A stretch of DNA of 62,192 nucleotides, counting the filler, from an uncultured Planctomycetales bacterium (GTDB lineage Bacteria; Omnitrophota; Gorgyraeia; Gygaellales; Profunditerraquicolaceae), in assembly GCA_964487475.1 (NCBI GenBank). It is 4 parts of 4 records of this genome, joined end to end, with 100 filler letters (N's around TTAATTAATTAA, not from the genome) between each part and the next. Parts side by side here need not be neighbours in the genome. Positions count along the whole stretch, not along the records: positions 26,287 to 49,467 come from CAZAPM010000018.1; 3 more parts are not named here. One strand, written 5' to 3'. The notes beneath the pieces were generated by a model. The model was not told where the DNA came from. It did not search any database and worked only from the letters and a program-made list of their open reading frames with translations. This document shows, piece by piece, positions 37,447 through 46,871 of this stretch; within the stretch, counting starts at the first letter, position 1, and each line of letters begins with the position of its first letter. Both the position numbers and the translations under genes were made by a program.

Positions 37447-38577
37447 ATGACGGAACAAGGATTTTTCGGTTTAGGCATTGCGCCCAAGATATTGGAGATA
37501 CTCGAGCGCATCAAGTTCAAGACGCCTACGCCTATTCAGCAGAAAGCGATCCCGCTTGCCCTTGAAGGCAAGGATGTGATAGGGATCGCCCAGACCGGGA
37601 CGGGCAAGACCCATGCCTTCGCCATCCCGATGATACAGCATATCGCGCAAAAGCAGGGGGTATGCCTGGTGTTGGCGCCTACCCGCGAGCTGGCGGTACA
37701 GATCGAGGAAGCGGTGCGCGGATTGGCGCATCCCTTCGGGATGAAATCCGCCTGTTTGATCGGCGGCATGTCCATGCGCCCGCAGGAGGACGCGCTGCGC
37801 CGCAAGCCGAACATCATCATCGGCACGCCCGGCAGGATGATCGACCATATGGAGAGGCGCACCTTATCCCTTTCCAAGGTGTCCATGCTGGTCATGGACG
37901 AGGCAGACCGCATGCTGGACATGGGATTCGCCCCGCAGGTGGAAAAGATCCTCAAGCAGCTGCCCCGGGAGCGGCAGACCATGCTCTTTTCCGCCACCAT
38001 GCCGGTGGAGATCATGCGCATGATCAAATTGTATATGAAACTTCCCGTGCACGTGGAGATCGCGCCTCCCGGGACCACCGCTGAGGGGGTCACCCAGGAG
38101 CTTTATATCGTGCAGAAGGAAGAGAAGAGCCGCCTTCTGGGCAAAGTGCTTGCCGCAAGGCCCGGTTCCGTGCTCTTGTTCACCCGCACCAAACACCATG
38201 CCCGCAAGATCGCCAAGTCATTGCGCGACGCCGGGCACCGGGCGGCGGAGATCCACTCCAACAAGTCCATGGGCCAGAGGCGGGAAGCGCTGGACGGTTT
38301 CAAGTCCGGGCGCTACCGTATCCTGGTGGCCACGGATATCGCCTCCCGCGGGATCGACGTGACGCGGATCGAGACCGTGATCAATTATGACCTTCCGGAT
38401 GACGTCGGCAATTACGTGCACCGGATCGGACGTACCGGCAGGGCCGGTTGCAAGGGGCATGCCATCACCTTCGCTACCCCGGATCAGCGCAGCGATATCA
38501 AAAGCATCGAGGCGCTTATCCGCAAGCAGCTTCCGGTGGTCAAGTATGCCGAGATCAATAAGGAGAGATCAAGATGA
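37447..38577 (+). CDS. DEAD-box RNA helicase (RhlE-like), core domains only
   Basis: PTPIQ, AQTGTGKT, PTRELA, TPGR, DEAD, SAT, HRIGRTGR. Confidence 0.95.
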   Translation: MTEQGFFGLGIAPKILEILERIKFKTPTPIQQKAIPLALEGKDVIGIAQTGTGKTHAFAIPMIQHIAQKQGVCLVLAPTRELAVQIEEAVRGLAHPFGMKSACLIGGMSMRPQEDALRRKPNIIIGTPGRMIDHMERRTLSLSKVSMLVMDEADRMLDMGFAPQVEKILKQLPRERQTMLFSATMPVEIMRMIKLYMKLPVHVEIAPPGTTAEGVTQELYIVQKEEKSRLLGKVLAARPGSVLLFTRTKHHARKIAKSLRDAGHRAAEIHSNKSMGQRREALDGFKSGRYRILVATDIASRGIDVTRIETVINYDLPDDVGNYVHRIGRTGRAGCKGHAITFATPDQRSDIKSIEALIRKQLPVVKYAEINKERSR

Positions 38578-38996
38578 GCGAACGGTCAGGGCACCACGAG
38601 GCAGAGGGACAGGCGCCTTCAGAGCAGGATCTGATGGGTCTGGTCCACAAAATGCAAAAGCAGCTGGAGGCGGTGGAAAAGAAACTGGATATGCTGCTCA
38701 GCCAGTCCCAGGCTGCTTCCCAGCCCCGCGAATACGACGGTAACCGGGCGTATTCCAAGCCGCCGTACCGTCCGTACGGCCGGCCGCAGCGGTCCTTTGA
38801 CCGCGCCCCGCGTTCCTTCGATCGGGAACCGCGTTCCTTCGACCGGGAGCCGCGTTCATTTGACCGGGAATCCCGTCCCTTTGAACGCGCGCCGCGCAGT
38901 TTTGACCGCAGCCGTCCTTTTGAGCGCAGCGAGGGTGAGGGGCGCAAGTTCCCGCCCAAGAAGAAGTTCTTTGCCAAGCATAAGAAGTTCCGTTAA
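38574..38996 (+). CDS. Coiled-coil protein with Arg/Phe-rich RSFDREP repeats
   Basis: ATGA overlap with the helicase; LVHKMQKQLEAVEKKLDMLL followed by about 7 heptads. Confidence 0.8.
   Translation: MSERSGHHEAEGQAPSEQDLMGLVHKMQKQLEAVEKKLDMLLSQSQAASQPREYDGNRAYSKPPYRPYGRPQRSFDRAPRSFDREPRSFDREPRSFDRESRPFERAPRSFDRSRPFERSEGEGRKFPPKKKFFAKHKKFR
38790..38930 (+). repeat. Degenerate 21-bp coding tandem repeat
   Basis: CG.TC.TT.GA.CG.GA.CCG units encoding RSFDREP. Confidence 0.85.
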
Positions 38997-39020
38997 GCGC
39001 GGATCATACGCGGATATCCG

Positions 39021-39051
39021 GGGCCGGTCATCACTGACCGGCCCTTTTTTT
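39021..39051 (+). terminator. Intrinsic terminator
   Basis: GGGCCGGTCA-TCAC-TGACCGGCCC followed by T7. Confidence 0.88.
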
Positions 39052-39094
39052 GAAACTTCTCTTATCCGTTGGCATCTAAAATACGGAGAAAAAA

Positions 39095-39904
39095 ATGGAA
39101 CGTATCGTACGCACTCTAAAAGCGGTGGTGATGGCGGCAGTGGTGGCGGGGGCTGGGTTGAGTATGATCCCTGCCTTGGTGTTCGCGCAGGTACGCACGC
39201 AGACCGTTGAGTATGAGCAGGGGGGCGTGGTATTGGAGGGGTATCTGGCATACCGCGAGGACATTAAAGACAGGGTCCCGGGAGTGCTTATCGTGCATGA
39301 ATGGACGGGGATCGGGCCTTATGTCAAGAGGCGGGCAGAGGAGATCGCGGGGTTGGGGTATGTCGCGTTTGCCGCGGACATTTACGGAAAAGGGGTAAGG
39401 CCGAAGAACCGGGAGGAGGCAGGAGCTGAGGCGGCGAAATACCGCGCCGACCGTCAGTTGCTGCGCAAAAGGGCGCAGGCCGGCTTAGAGGCGCTGCGAA
39501 ATGATCCGCGCGTCGATCCTGCCCGTCTGGCGGCGATAGGGTATTGTTTCGGAGGAGGAACGGTGTTGGAGCTTGCCAGGAGCGGGGCGGATGTGGCAGG
39601 GGTGGTGAGTTTTCACGGTAATCTGGATACTCCCGAACCGAAGAATAGCCGTTCTATCAAAGCCAGGATACTGGTACTGCACGGAGCGGATGATCCGCAC
39701 GTCCCTTCCGCACAGGTAGAGGCGTTCCAGAAGGAGATGCGCGCGGCAGGAACCGACTGGCAGATGATCAGCTATGGCAAGGCGGTGCATAGTTTTACCA
39801 ATCCCGATGCCGGGGATGACCCCTCCTCAGGGGCGGCGTATGACGCTTCCGCGGACAGGAGGTCCTGGCAGGCGATGCGTTCATTCCTGGAGGAGATTTT
39901 TTAG
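39095..39904 (+). CDS. Secreted dienelactone hydrolase family protein
   Basis: Signal peptide; HEWTG, GYCFGG, HGADD, HSFTNP. Confidence 0.92.
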   Translation: MERIVRTLKAVVMAAVVAGAGLSMIPALVFAQVRTQTVEYEQGGVVLEGYLAYREDIKDRVPGVLIVHEWTGIGPYVKRRAEEIAGLGYVAFAADIYGKGVRPKNREEAGAEAAKYRADRQLLRKRAQAGLEALRNDPRVDPARLAAIGYCFGGGTVLELARSGADVAGVVSFHGNLDTPEPKNSRSIKARILVLHGADDPHVPSAQVEAFQKEMRAAGTDWQMISYGKAVHSFTNPDAGDDPSSGAAYDASADRRSWQAMRSFLEEIF

Positions 39905-40030
39905 TTTACAGGAGGTGGCAATAAGGTATAATAAAGAAGCTTATCGAGAGGAAATCAGGAGAGTGGGGTAGCCCATGAATCGGAAGTAAGATGCCAGGAG
40001 CGGAGGGTGGAGCCGTGCCTGGTTTTTTTT
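39905..40030 (+). promoter_or_regulatory. Promoter and leader with terminator-like hairpin upstream of a sensor kinase
   Basis: TTTACA-16 bp-TATAAT; GCCAGG..CCTGGT stem followed by a T-tract (39993-40030). Confidence 0.55.
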
Positions 40031-40044
40031 GTGCCTGAGTACCC

Positions 40045-43000
40045 ATGCCGAAAAGAGAAGTGAATCCCTCGATTTATGATTCTACGGAGTGGCGGGATCT
40101 TTTTGATTCCATGCTCCCGGGCGCGTTCCTGCAGCGCGCTGACGGAATGCTGGTCGACGTCAATGCCTCTGCGCTGCAGATGCTTGGGCTTTCCCGCGAG
40201 ACATTCCTCTCCCGCACTTCCTTCAGCGCGGAGTGGGATGTAGTGCGCGAGAACGGAGAGGCCTGCCCCGGGGAGGAGCACCCCTCCATGGTGGCGCTTA
40301 AAACGGGAAAGCCGGTGCGTTCTGCAACCGTGGGAGTGGTCAACCGCAGGACGGGGCAGCGTATCTGGCTTGAGGTCAACGCCACCCCGCAGTTCCTGCC
40401 GGGCAAGCACACCCCCTATCAGGTGCTGGTCATTCTGCATGATGTCACGGCGCGCCGGAATAAGCTGATGGAGAACCGGACTACGGTGGAACTCCTGCAG
40501 ATGATCAACGAAAGCCACAATGTAACTGAGCTGGTGCAACGGGGGGTAGCGTTTTTCCGGGAGCTCTCCGGGTGCACGGCAGTGGGAGTGCGGCTGCACG
40601 ATGGCGAAGACTATCCCTATTATGAGACCAAGGGGTTCCCCGATGATTTCGTGAAGCTGGAAGACAAGCTGTGCCTGCGTGATGCCGAGGGGCATGTGCA
40701 GCGCGATAGTAAGGGGTACCCGGTGATGGAGTGCATGTGCGGCAACGTGATCTGCGGAAGGTTCGATCCCTCCAAGCCTTTTTTCACTCCGCACGGCAGT
40801 TTTTGGACCAACTGCACTACCCGTCTTCTGGCCACTACGAGCGAAGCGGACCGGCAGGCCCGCACCCGCAACCGCTGCAACGGAGAGGGGTATGAGTCGG
40901 TCGCCCTGTTGCCGTTGCGCGCGGGAGGGGAGTGCCTGGGGCTGCTGCAGTTGAACGATCGCCGCGAGAATATGTTCACCGAGGGGTCGATCGAGTTCTG
41001 GGAGCGCCTGGCCGGGTATCTGGCGGTGGGCCTTTCCAAGCTGCGGGCCGAGGAGTCCCTGCGCACAAGCGAAGCGCGGTACAGCACCCTTTTCCATAAC
41101 ATGCGCAACGGCCTGGCGTATTGCCGGATGATCGATGAGCCGGGCCGGCCTTTGGATTTCGAGTACCTTGAGGTCAATAAAGCCTTCGAGGACCTTACCG
41201 GCTTGAAGCACGCGCCGGGAAAGAAGGTCTCCGAACTTATCCCCGGGATCCAGAATACGGATCAGGAGCTGCTGGAGATCTACGGCCGGGTGTCCGCCAC
41301 CGGGGTTCCCGAGAAGTTCGAACGGTACGTGGAAGCGCTCCAGCAGTGGTTTTCCGTCTCCGCCTACAGCCCGGGGAAAGGTTATTTTGTGGCCGTATTC
41401 GACGTGATCTCCGAAAAGAAACGCACGGAAGCGGCGCTGGAAAGGGAACGCGGGATCCTGGCCGGGATCATGCAAAGCACGGACGTGATGCTCGCCTATC
41501 TGGATGCGCACTTCAATTTCCTGATGGTTAATCACGCGTATGCGCAGACATGCCAAAAGACCCCTGAGGAGCTGATCGGCAGGAATCATTTCGAGTTGTA
41601 TCCCCATGAGGAGAACGAGGCGATCTTCCGGAAGGTAAGGGATACCGGAGAGACGGTTTTTTACAAGGACAAACCTTTCGAGTTCCCGGACCAGCCTGAG
41701 CGCGGGGTTACGTACTGGGACTGGAGCCTTTCTCCGGTCAGGGGCGGGGATGGCAAGGTGGCCGGTCTGGTGTTCGCCCTGCGCGAGACGACCAAGTACG
41801 TGCAGGATGAGGTAAAACTTCATGAAAGCGAAGAGCGTTTCCGCCTTACCTTCGACCAGGCGCCCGTGGGGGCCGCGATCATTTCTCTGGATTATCGTTT
41901 TGTCCGCGTCAACGAGATGCTCTGCCGTATCACGGGATATACCAAAGAAGAACTGATGCAAAAGACGTTCCCGGATATCACCCATCCCGGTGATCTGGGA
42001 AAAGACATGGAGCAAGTGCGTCGTTTGGAGTCCGGAGAGATCGACGGGTACGATATGGATAAACGGTACATCCGTAAGGACGGGAGCACGGTATGGATCC
42101 ATCTGGTGGCCCGGGTAATGAGGGACGCTTCCGGCCGGCCGTTGTACTACCTGCCTACCATGGAGGATATCAGCCAGCGCAAGCAGGACGAGGATTCCCG
42201 GAAGCTGCAGTATGACCTGGCGATGATGTTCTCGAGTACGGAGGATGTGCAGGCGACGCTCTGCCAGTGCCTGAAGCTTGCCATGCAGATGGCGGATATG
42301 GATGCCGGAGGGGTATATCTCTTTGATCAGGATTCCAGATCCCTGCGGCTGATCTGTCACGAGAACCTTCCTGGGGATTTCCTGCGGCAGGTGCGGGAGT
42401 ACGGCATGGATTCTCCCAATGCCAGGATAGTGACCGCCGGAAAACCGCTGTATCTTCCCGAAGACCGGGTGGATTTTGACGGCGCAAAAGCCCTGGATAT
42501 ATTCCGTTCCCTGGCGATCCTTCCGATCAAGGATAAGGAGGGAGCGGTCGCCTGTCTGAACCTCGGTTCTTTTCGTAAGGAGGCGGTGGAGTCGGCAACA
42601 CGTGTGCTGCTGGAGACGATCGCGGCGCAGGTCGGGGTGTACGTCTCGCGCGGGCAGATGCGTGACGCGTTAAGACGAAGTGAGGAATCACACCGTGCCC
42701 TGGTGCATGCGTTACCCGATATCATCATGCGATTCGATAAGGAATTCCGGCATCTTTTCGTTTCGGGGAACGTGAAGGAGGTGGCGGGTATCGCGGCGGA
42801 GTCCTTCATCGGAAAGACCCATCGTGATCTGGGGTTTCCGGAGCAGGTCTGCGTGTTCTGGGAACAGGCGATCCGGAAGGTGTTCGCCTCCGCGACGCAG
42901 CACGAGACCGAGTTCATGTTCGAAGGCGTGAACGGTGCCCGGGTGTTCGACTGGCGGCTGGTGCCGGAATTCGACGCGCAGGGGAAAGTCTCCTCGGTGC

Positions 43001-44025
43001 TTACCATCGCCCGGGATGTGACCGATCACCGGAAAGCCGAGAGCAATTACCAGACGCTTTTCAATAAGATGCTGGACGGCTTTGCCTTGCACGAGATTAT
43101 CTGCGATGCGCAGGGGAAGCCGGTCGATTACCGTTTCCTGACGGTCAATCCCGCGTTCGAGAGGATCACGGGGCTGGATGCGCATGCCATCGTGGGAAAG
43201 ACCGTGCGGGAGGTGCTTCCGGATACGGAGCAGGACTGGATCACCAAATATGGAAGTGTTGCGCTTACGGGAGAGGCGCTTTCCTTTGAGAACTATGCGC
43301 GGGAGCTGGATAAATATTTTTCGGTCACCGCATTCCGGCCCGCCCCCAACCAGTTCGCCTGCGTCTTCGTCGATATCACCGAACGCCGGCGCGCCGAAGA
43401 GAGGATCTCCGCGGCGCTGAAGGAGAAAGAGGTGCTGCTGCGCGAGCTCAATCACCGGGTCAAGAACAACCTGCAGATCATCGGCAGCCTGGCCAGCCTG
43501 CAGGCGGATAAGATCAGGGCCTCGGATATGCGGGAGGTGCTTCGGGAGAGCCAGGGCCGCATCGCCTCCATTGCCCTGGTGCACGAGAAACTTTACCAGT
43601 CCTCGCAGCTGGACCGGATCGATGCCGGGGAGTATTTTTCCTCCCTGATCGAAAGCATCCGGCAGTCGCTGGTCGAGGATACCGGGAGGGTGCGGGTTTC
43701 GCTCAAGGTCGACCCGGGACTGTTCCTGGAGATCGACCGGGCGGTCAACTGCGGGCTGATCGTGAACGAGTCCCTGACCAACTCGTTGAAACATGCGTTT
43801 CCCGGAGACCGCCGGGGAGAGGTCCGGGTGTCTCTGGAGTCCCGCAGGGAGGGCGGGCTGTTGCTTACCGTCTCCGATAACGGAGTGGGGCTTCCTGCCG
43901 GTTTCAACCTTGGACAGACAACGACACTGGGAATGGAAATGCTCCGGTCTTTAGCCGATCAAATGGGTTCGTTACATGTCGAGGGGAAAAATAGGACAAC
44001 CGTCAAAGTTGCCATCACCCGGTAG
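40045..44025 (+). CDS. Cytoplasmic multi-PAS/GAF HisKA_2 histidine kinase
   Basis: Several PAS/PAC domains, two GAF-like regions, ELNHRVKNNLQ, NSLKHAF, DNGVG. Confidence 0.92.
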   Translation: MPKREVNPSIYDSTEWRDLFDSMLPGAFLQRADGMLVDVNASALQMLGLSRETFLSRTSFSAEWDVVRENGEACPGEEHPSMVALKTGKPVRSATVGVVNRRTGQRIWLEVNATPQFLPGKHTPYQVLVILHDVTARRNKLMENRTTVELLQMINESHNVTELVQRGVAFFRELSGCTAVGVRLHDGEDYPYYETKGFPDDFVKLEDKLCLRDAEGHVQRDSKGYPVMECMCGNVICGRFDPSKPFFTPHGSFWTNCTTRLLATTSEADRQARTRNRCNGEGYESVALLPLRAGGECLGLLQLNDRRENMFTEGSIEFWERLAGYLAVGLSKLRAEESLRTSEARYSTLFHNMRNGLAYCRMIDEPGRPLDFEYLEVNKAFEDLTGLKHAPGKKVSELIPGIQNTDQELLEIYGRVSATGVPEKFERYVEALQQWFSVSAYSPGKGYFVAVFDVISEKKRTEAALERERGILAGIMQSTDVMLAYLDAHFNFLMVNHAYAQTCQKTPEELIGRNHFELYPHEENEAIFRKVRDTGETVFYKDKPFEFPDQPERGVTYWDWSLSPVRGGDGKVAGLVFALRETTKYVQDEVKLHESEERFRLTFDQAPVGAAIISLDYRFVRVNEMLCRITGYTKEELMQKTFPDITHPGDLGKDMEQVRRLESGEIDGYDMDKRYIRKDGSTVWIHLVARVMRDASGRPLYYLPTMEDISQRKQDEDSRKLQYDLAMMFSSTEDVQATLCQCLKLAMQMADMDAGGVYLFDQDSRSLRLICHENLPGDFLRQVREYGMDSPNARIVTAGKPLYLPEDRVDFDGAKALDIFRSLAILPIKDKEGAVACLNLGSFRKEAVESATRVLLETIAAQVGVYVSRGQMRDALRRSEESHRALVHALPDIIMRFDKEFRHLFVSGNVKEVAGIAAESFIGKTHRDLGFPEQVCVFWEQAIRKVFASATQHETEFMFEGVNGARVFDWRLVPEFDAQGKVSSVLTIARDVTDHRKAESNYQTLFNKMLDGFALHEIICDAQGKPVDYRFLTVNPAFERITGLDAHAIVGKTVREVLPDTEQDWITKYGSVALTGEALSFENYARELDKYFSVTAFRPAPNQFACVFVDITERRRAEERISAALKEKEVLLRELNHRVKNNLQIIGSLASLQADKIRASDMREVLRESQGRIASIALVHEKLYQSSQLDRIDAGEYFSSLIESIRQSLVEDTGRVRVSLKVDPGLFLEIDRAVNCGLIVNESLTNSLKHAFPGDRRGEVRVSLESRREGGLLLTVSDNGVGLPAGFNLGQTTTLGMEMLRSLADQMGSLHVEGKNRTTVKVAITR

Positions 44026-44398
44026 TAACAAGCAGCGGATCCTGGTGGTGGAGGATGAACCGATCGTAGGGTTGAGCTTGAAGTGCCATCTTCAGAGCCT
44101 GGGGTTTTCCGTGACCGTGGTCTCCTCCGGAAGCGACGCGCTCGCCGAGGTGGCGAAGGAACTCCCGCATTTCATGCTGATGGATATCAGGATAAAAGGT
44201 GAGATCGACGGGGTGGAGACCGCGAAGCTGATACGGATGCGGCATGAGATCCCCTTTGCCTTCGTGACCGCCTACAGCGACGAGGCGTACCGGGAAAAGA
44301 TCGCAACCTCGGGCGCCTGCGCCGTGCTGGAAAAGCCTTATACGCAGACCCAGCTGGAGGCGGTGGTGTTCAGGGCCTGCGGCGGAGGCGGGCAGTGA
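43976..44398 (+). CDS. Single-domain response regulator (start uncertain)
   Basis: VVEDE, LMDI, VTAYS, EKPY. Confidence 0.88.
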   Translation: MSRGKIGQPSKLPSPGSNKQRILVVEDEPIVGLSLKCHLQSLGFSVTVVSSGSDALAEVAKELPHFMLMDIRIKGEIDGVETAKLIRMRHEIPFAFVTAYSDEAYREKIATSGACAVLEKPYTQTQLEAVVFRACGGGGQ

Positions 44399-44402
44399 TC
44401 GG

Positions 44403-45281
44403 ATGAAAGAGTTCATGATCGGGCTGCTCTTCGTGCTTCTTTCGGTCGTGACCCCGGCCTGCGGCAGTGATGCGGGCGAGAGGCTGGAGGTCGTGACCAC
44501 GCTTTTTCCCACTTTCGATTTTGCCAGGCAGGCGGGAGGGGATAAGGTCAACGTCACCCTGCTGCTCCCTCCGGGGGTCGAGCCGCACACGTACGAGCCG
44601 AAACCCAGCGATATCGTGCGCATCAGCAAGGCGGATGTGTTCATCCATACCGGCGCGCAGATGGAGCCGTGGGTCAGCGGCCTGCTTCGCGGTGTCGCGG
44701 CCCCGGACCTGCTGGTGGTCGATTCCAGCCGTGGTGTCCCCTCGTTGTCCGGGGATCCCCATATCTGGCTGGACTTAGGGAATGCCTGCATGATGGCCGG
44801 CACGATCGCCGAGGCGATGGCCCAGAGGTCCCCGCAGAACCGGGAGTATTTCCTGGAGAATGCCCGCAGGTACTGCGCGCAGCTGGCGGAGCTGGATACC
44901 CGGTTCCAAAGCGCGCTTTCCTCCTGTCGTTTTTCCCGGATCATCTTCGCCGGACATTTTCCCTTCGGATATCTTGCCAAAAGGTACGGGTTGGGGTATG
45001 ATTCTCCCTACGCGGGTTTTTCCCCGGATGCCGAGCCTACGCCTAAGGCCATCGCGAAGCTCATCGATGCGCTGAAGGCTTCCGGCATGAAGTATGTGTA
45101 TTTCGAGGAGCTGCTCGATCCCAAAGTGGCGAGGACCGTCGCGGCAGAGACGCGCGCGACACCGGTGATGCTGCACGCCGGGCATAATGTCAGCCGGGAG
45201 GATATGGCCCGGGGGGTCACCTATCTTGAGATCATGGAGGATACATTGAAGAAACTGCGCGCGGGGCTGGAGTGCCAATGA
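44403..45281 (+). CDS. znuA: Zn/Mn ABC transporter substrate-binding lipoprotein
   Basis: EPHTYEP, DPHIWLD, GHFPFGY, AEPT. Confidence 0.88.
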   Translation: MKEFMIGLLFVLLSVVTPACGSDAGERLEVVTTLFPTFDFARQAGGDKVNVTLLLPPGVEPHTYEPKPSDIVRISKADVFIHTGAQMEPWVSGLLRGVAAPDLLVVDSSRGVPSLSGDPHIWLDLGNACMMAGTIAEAMAQRSPQNREYFLENARRYCAQLAELDTRFQSALSSCRFSRIIFAGHFPFGYLAKRYGLGYDSPYAGFSPDAEPTPKAIAKLIDALKASGMKYVYFEELLDPKVARTVAAETRATPVMLHAGHNVSREDMARGVTYLEIMEDTLKKLRAGLECQ

Positions 45282-46018
45282 GGATGATCGAGATCGACCG
45301 GTTGTCCGTGCGCTACGGCGCGATCAAGGCGCTTTCCGGGGTGTCTTTCAGCGTGGAAGCCGGGGACTATGTCGGCATCGTCGGCCCAAACGGGTCGGGG
45401 AAGACCACGTTGATCAAATCCCTGCTGGGGCTGGTCCCGTATGAAGGAAGTGTCCGCTTCCAGGGGATGAGCCTTCCGGAGTTCATGCGCCAGAAGCATA
45501 TCGGATACCTTCCCCAGAAGATGTCCTTTCTCGACCAGTGTTTTCCGGCCACCGCAGCGGAGGTCGTGGTATCAGGGGTATACTGCTGCAAGCGGTTCCC
45601 GAAACGTTTAACCCGCGAGGATCATGCGGCGGCGCAGCGCACGATGCAAGCGCTGGGGATCGAGGCGCTTGGGAACCGTCCTATCGGAAGGCTTTCGGGA
45701 GGCCAGCAGCAGCGGGTGCTCCTGGCCCGCGCCCTGGTACACTCCCCGCAGGTGCTGATACTCGATGAGCCGACCGTGGCGCTGGACCCGCAGTCCAGGG
45801 AAGCGTTCTATGAGACTTTGCGCACCCTGAACAAGGAGCATAAAGTGACCGTGCTGCTTGTTTCGCACGATACCGGCACGGTGGGGAAATACGCCTCCAA
45901 ACTGCTCTACATCGACCGGCAGCTGGTCTTTTACGGGTCCTTCGATGAGTTCTGCCATTCGCAGCGGATGAGCGAATACTTCGGGGCCGGCCAGCATATC
46001 ATCTGCCACCGACACTGA
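45278..46018 (+). CDS. znuC: Zn/Mn ABC transporter ATPase
   Basis: GPNGSGKTT, IGYLPQ, LSGGQQQRV, LDEP, SHD. Confidence 0.88.
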   Translation: MRMIEIDRLSVRYGAIKALSGVSFSVEAGDYVGIVGPNGSGKTTLIKSLLGLVPYEGSVRFQGMSLPEFMRQKHIGYLPQKMSFLDQCFPATAAEVVVSGVYCCKRFPKRLTREDHAAAQRTMQALGIEALGNRPIGRLSGGQQQRVLLARALVHSPQVLILDEPTVALDPQSREAFYETLRTLNKEHKVTVLLVSHDTGTVGKYASKLLYIDRQLVFYGSFDEFCHSQRMSEYFGAGQHIICHRH

Positions 46019-46019
46019 T

Positions 46020-46871
46020 ATGACCGAACTCTTGCAGCAGGTCCAGGAATCGTTGCGCTACGCGTTCATCCAGCGCGCCCTCATCGCCGGATGCGCCATG
46101 GCGCTGGGGTGCTCTTTCCTGGGGGTGTTCCTGGTCCTGCGCCGCTTCTCCCTGATCGGGGACGGCCTGGCCCATGTGAGCTTCGCCACGGTGGCGCTGT
46201 CCCTGCTTCTGCGCGCGCAGCCGATGGTGCTTTCCATCCCCATCGTGGCCGCGGCGTCCCTGGTGATCCTCAGGCTCAACGAGAAGGCCGCCGTCTACGG
46301 GGACGCGGCGATCGGGCTGGTCTCCTCTTTCGGTATCGCCCTGGGGGTGATCCTGGCGAGCACCGCCGGAGGGTTCAACGTGGACCTGTTCAGTTACCTT
46401 TTCGGCAATATCCTCTCCGTGAGCGTTTTCGAGGTGTGGATGACCGTCGCGCTTTCCCTTCTGGTGGCGCTGGTGGTCGGGTTGTTCTACCACGACCTTT
46501 TCGCCATCACCTTTGACGAGGAGTATGCCAAGGTTTCCGGCATCAAGGTGCGCCTGGTCAACAGGGTGCTTATCCTTCTTACCTCGCTGATCGTGGTGCT
46601 GGGGATCAAGATCGTGGGCACGATGCTGGTCTCGAGCCTGATCATCCTGCCGGCGGTCTCCGCCCTGCAGGTGGTGAGGAGTTTTCGCGCGGTCATCGCC
46701 CTGGCCGGGGGTTTTGCGCTGGCGTCGGTCATTACCGGCATATTCGCATCCTATGTGTTGAACCTTCCTTCGGGCGCCTCTATCGTCATGGTGAACTTCC
46801 TGTGTTTCGCGGGAACGTTCCTGGTCCGCGCCGCGGGGAATAGAAGAACGGGGGAGCAGGGGAATGAATAA
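46020..46871 (+). CDS. znuB: Zn/Mn ABC transporter permease
   Basis: GDGLAHVS, YLFGNIL, FDEEYA, PSGASIV. Confidence 0.9.
   Translation: MTELLQQVQESLRYAFIQRALIAGCAMALGCSFLGVFLVLRRFSLIGDGLAHVSFATVALSLLLRAQPMVLSIPIVAAASLVILRLNEKAAVYGDAAIGLVSSFGIALGVILASTAGGFNVDLFSYLFGNILSVSVFEVWMTVALSLLVALVVGLFYHDLFAITFDEEYAKVSGIKVRLVNRVLILLTSLIVVLGIKIVGTMLVSSLIILPAVSALQVVRSFRAVIALAGGFALASVITGIFASYVLNLPSGASIVMVNFLCFAGTFLVRAAGNRRTGEQGNE

Noticed and set aside
39939..39990. Resemblance of CTTATCGAGAG...GCCCATGAA to a SAM-I riboswitch
   Set aside because: No GCAACC, GTGC..ATTCC or closing GATAA/GATGA elements, and the downstream gene is unrelated to sulfur metabolism
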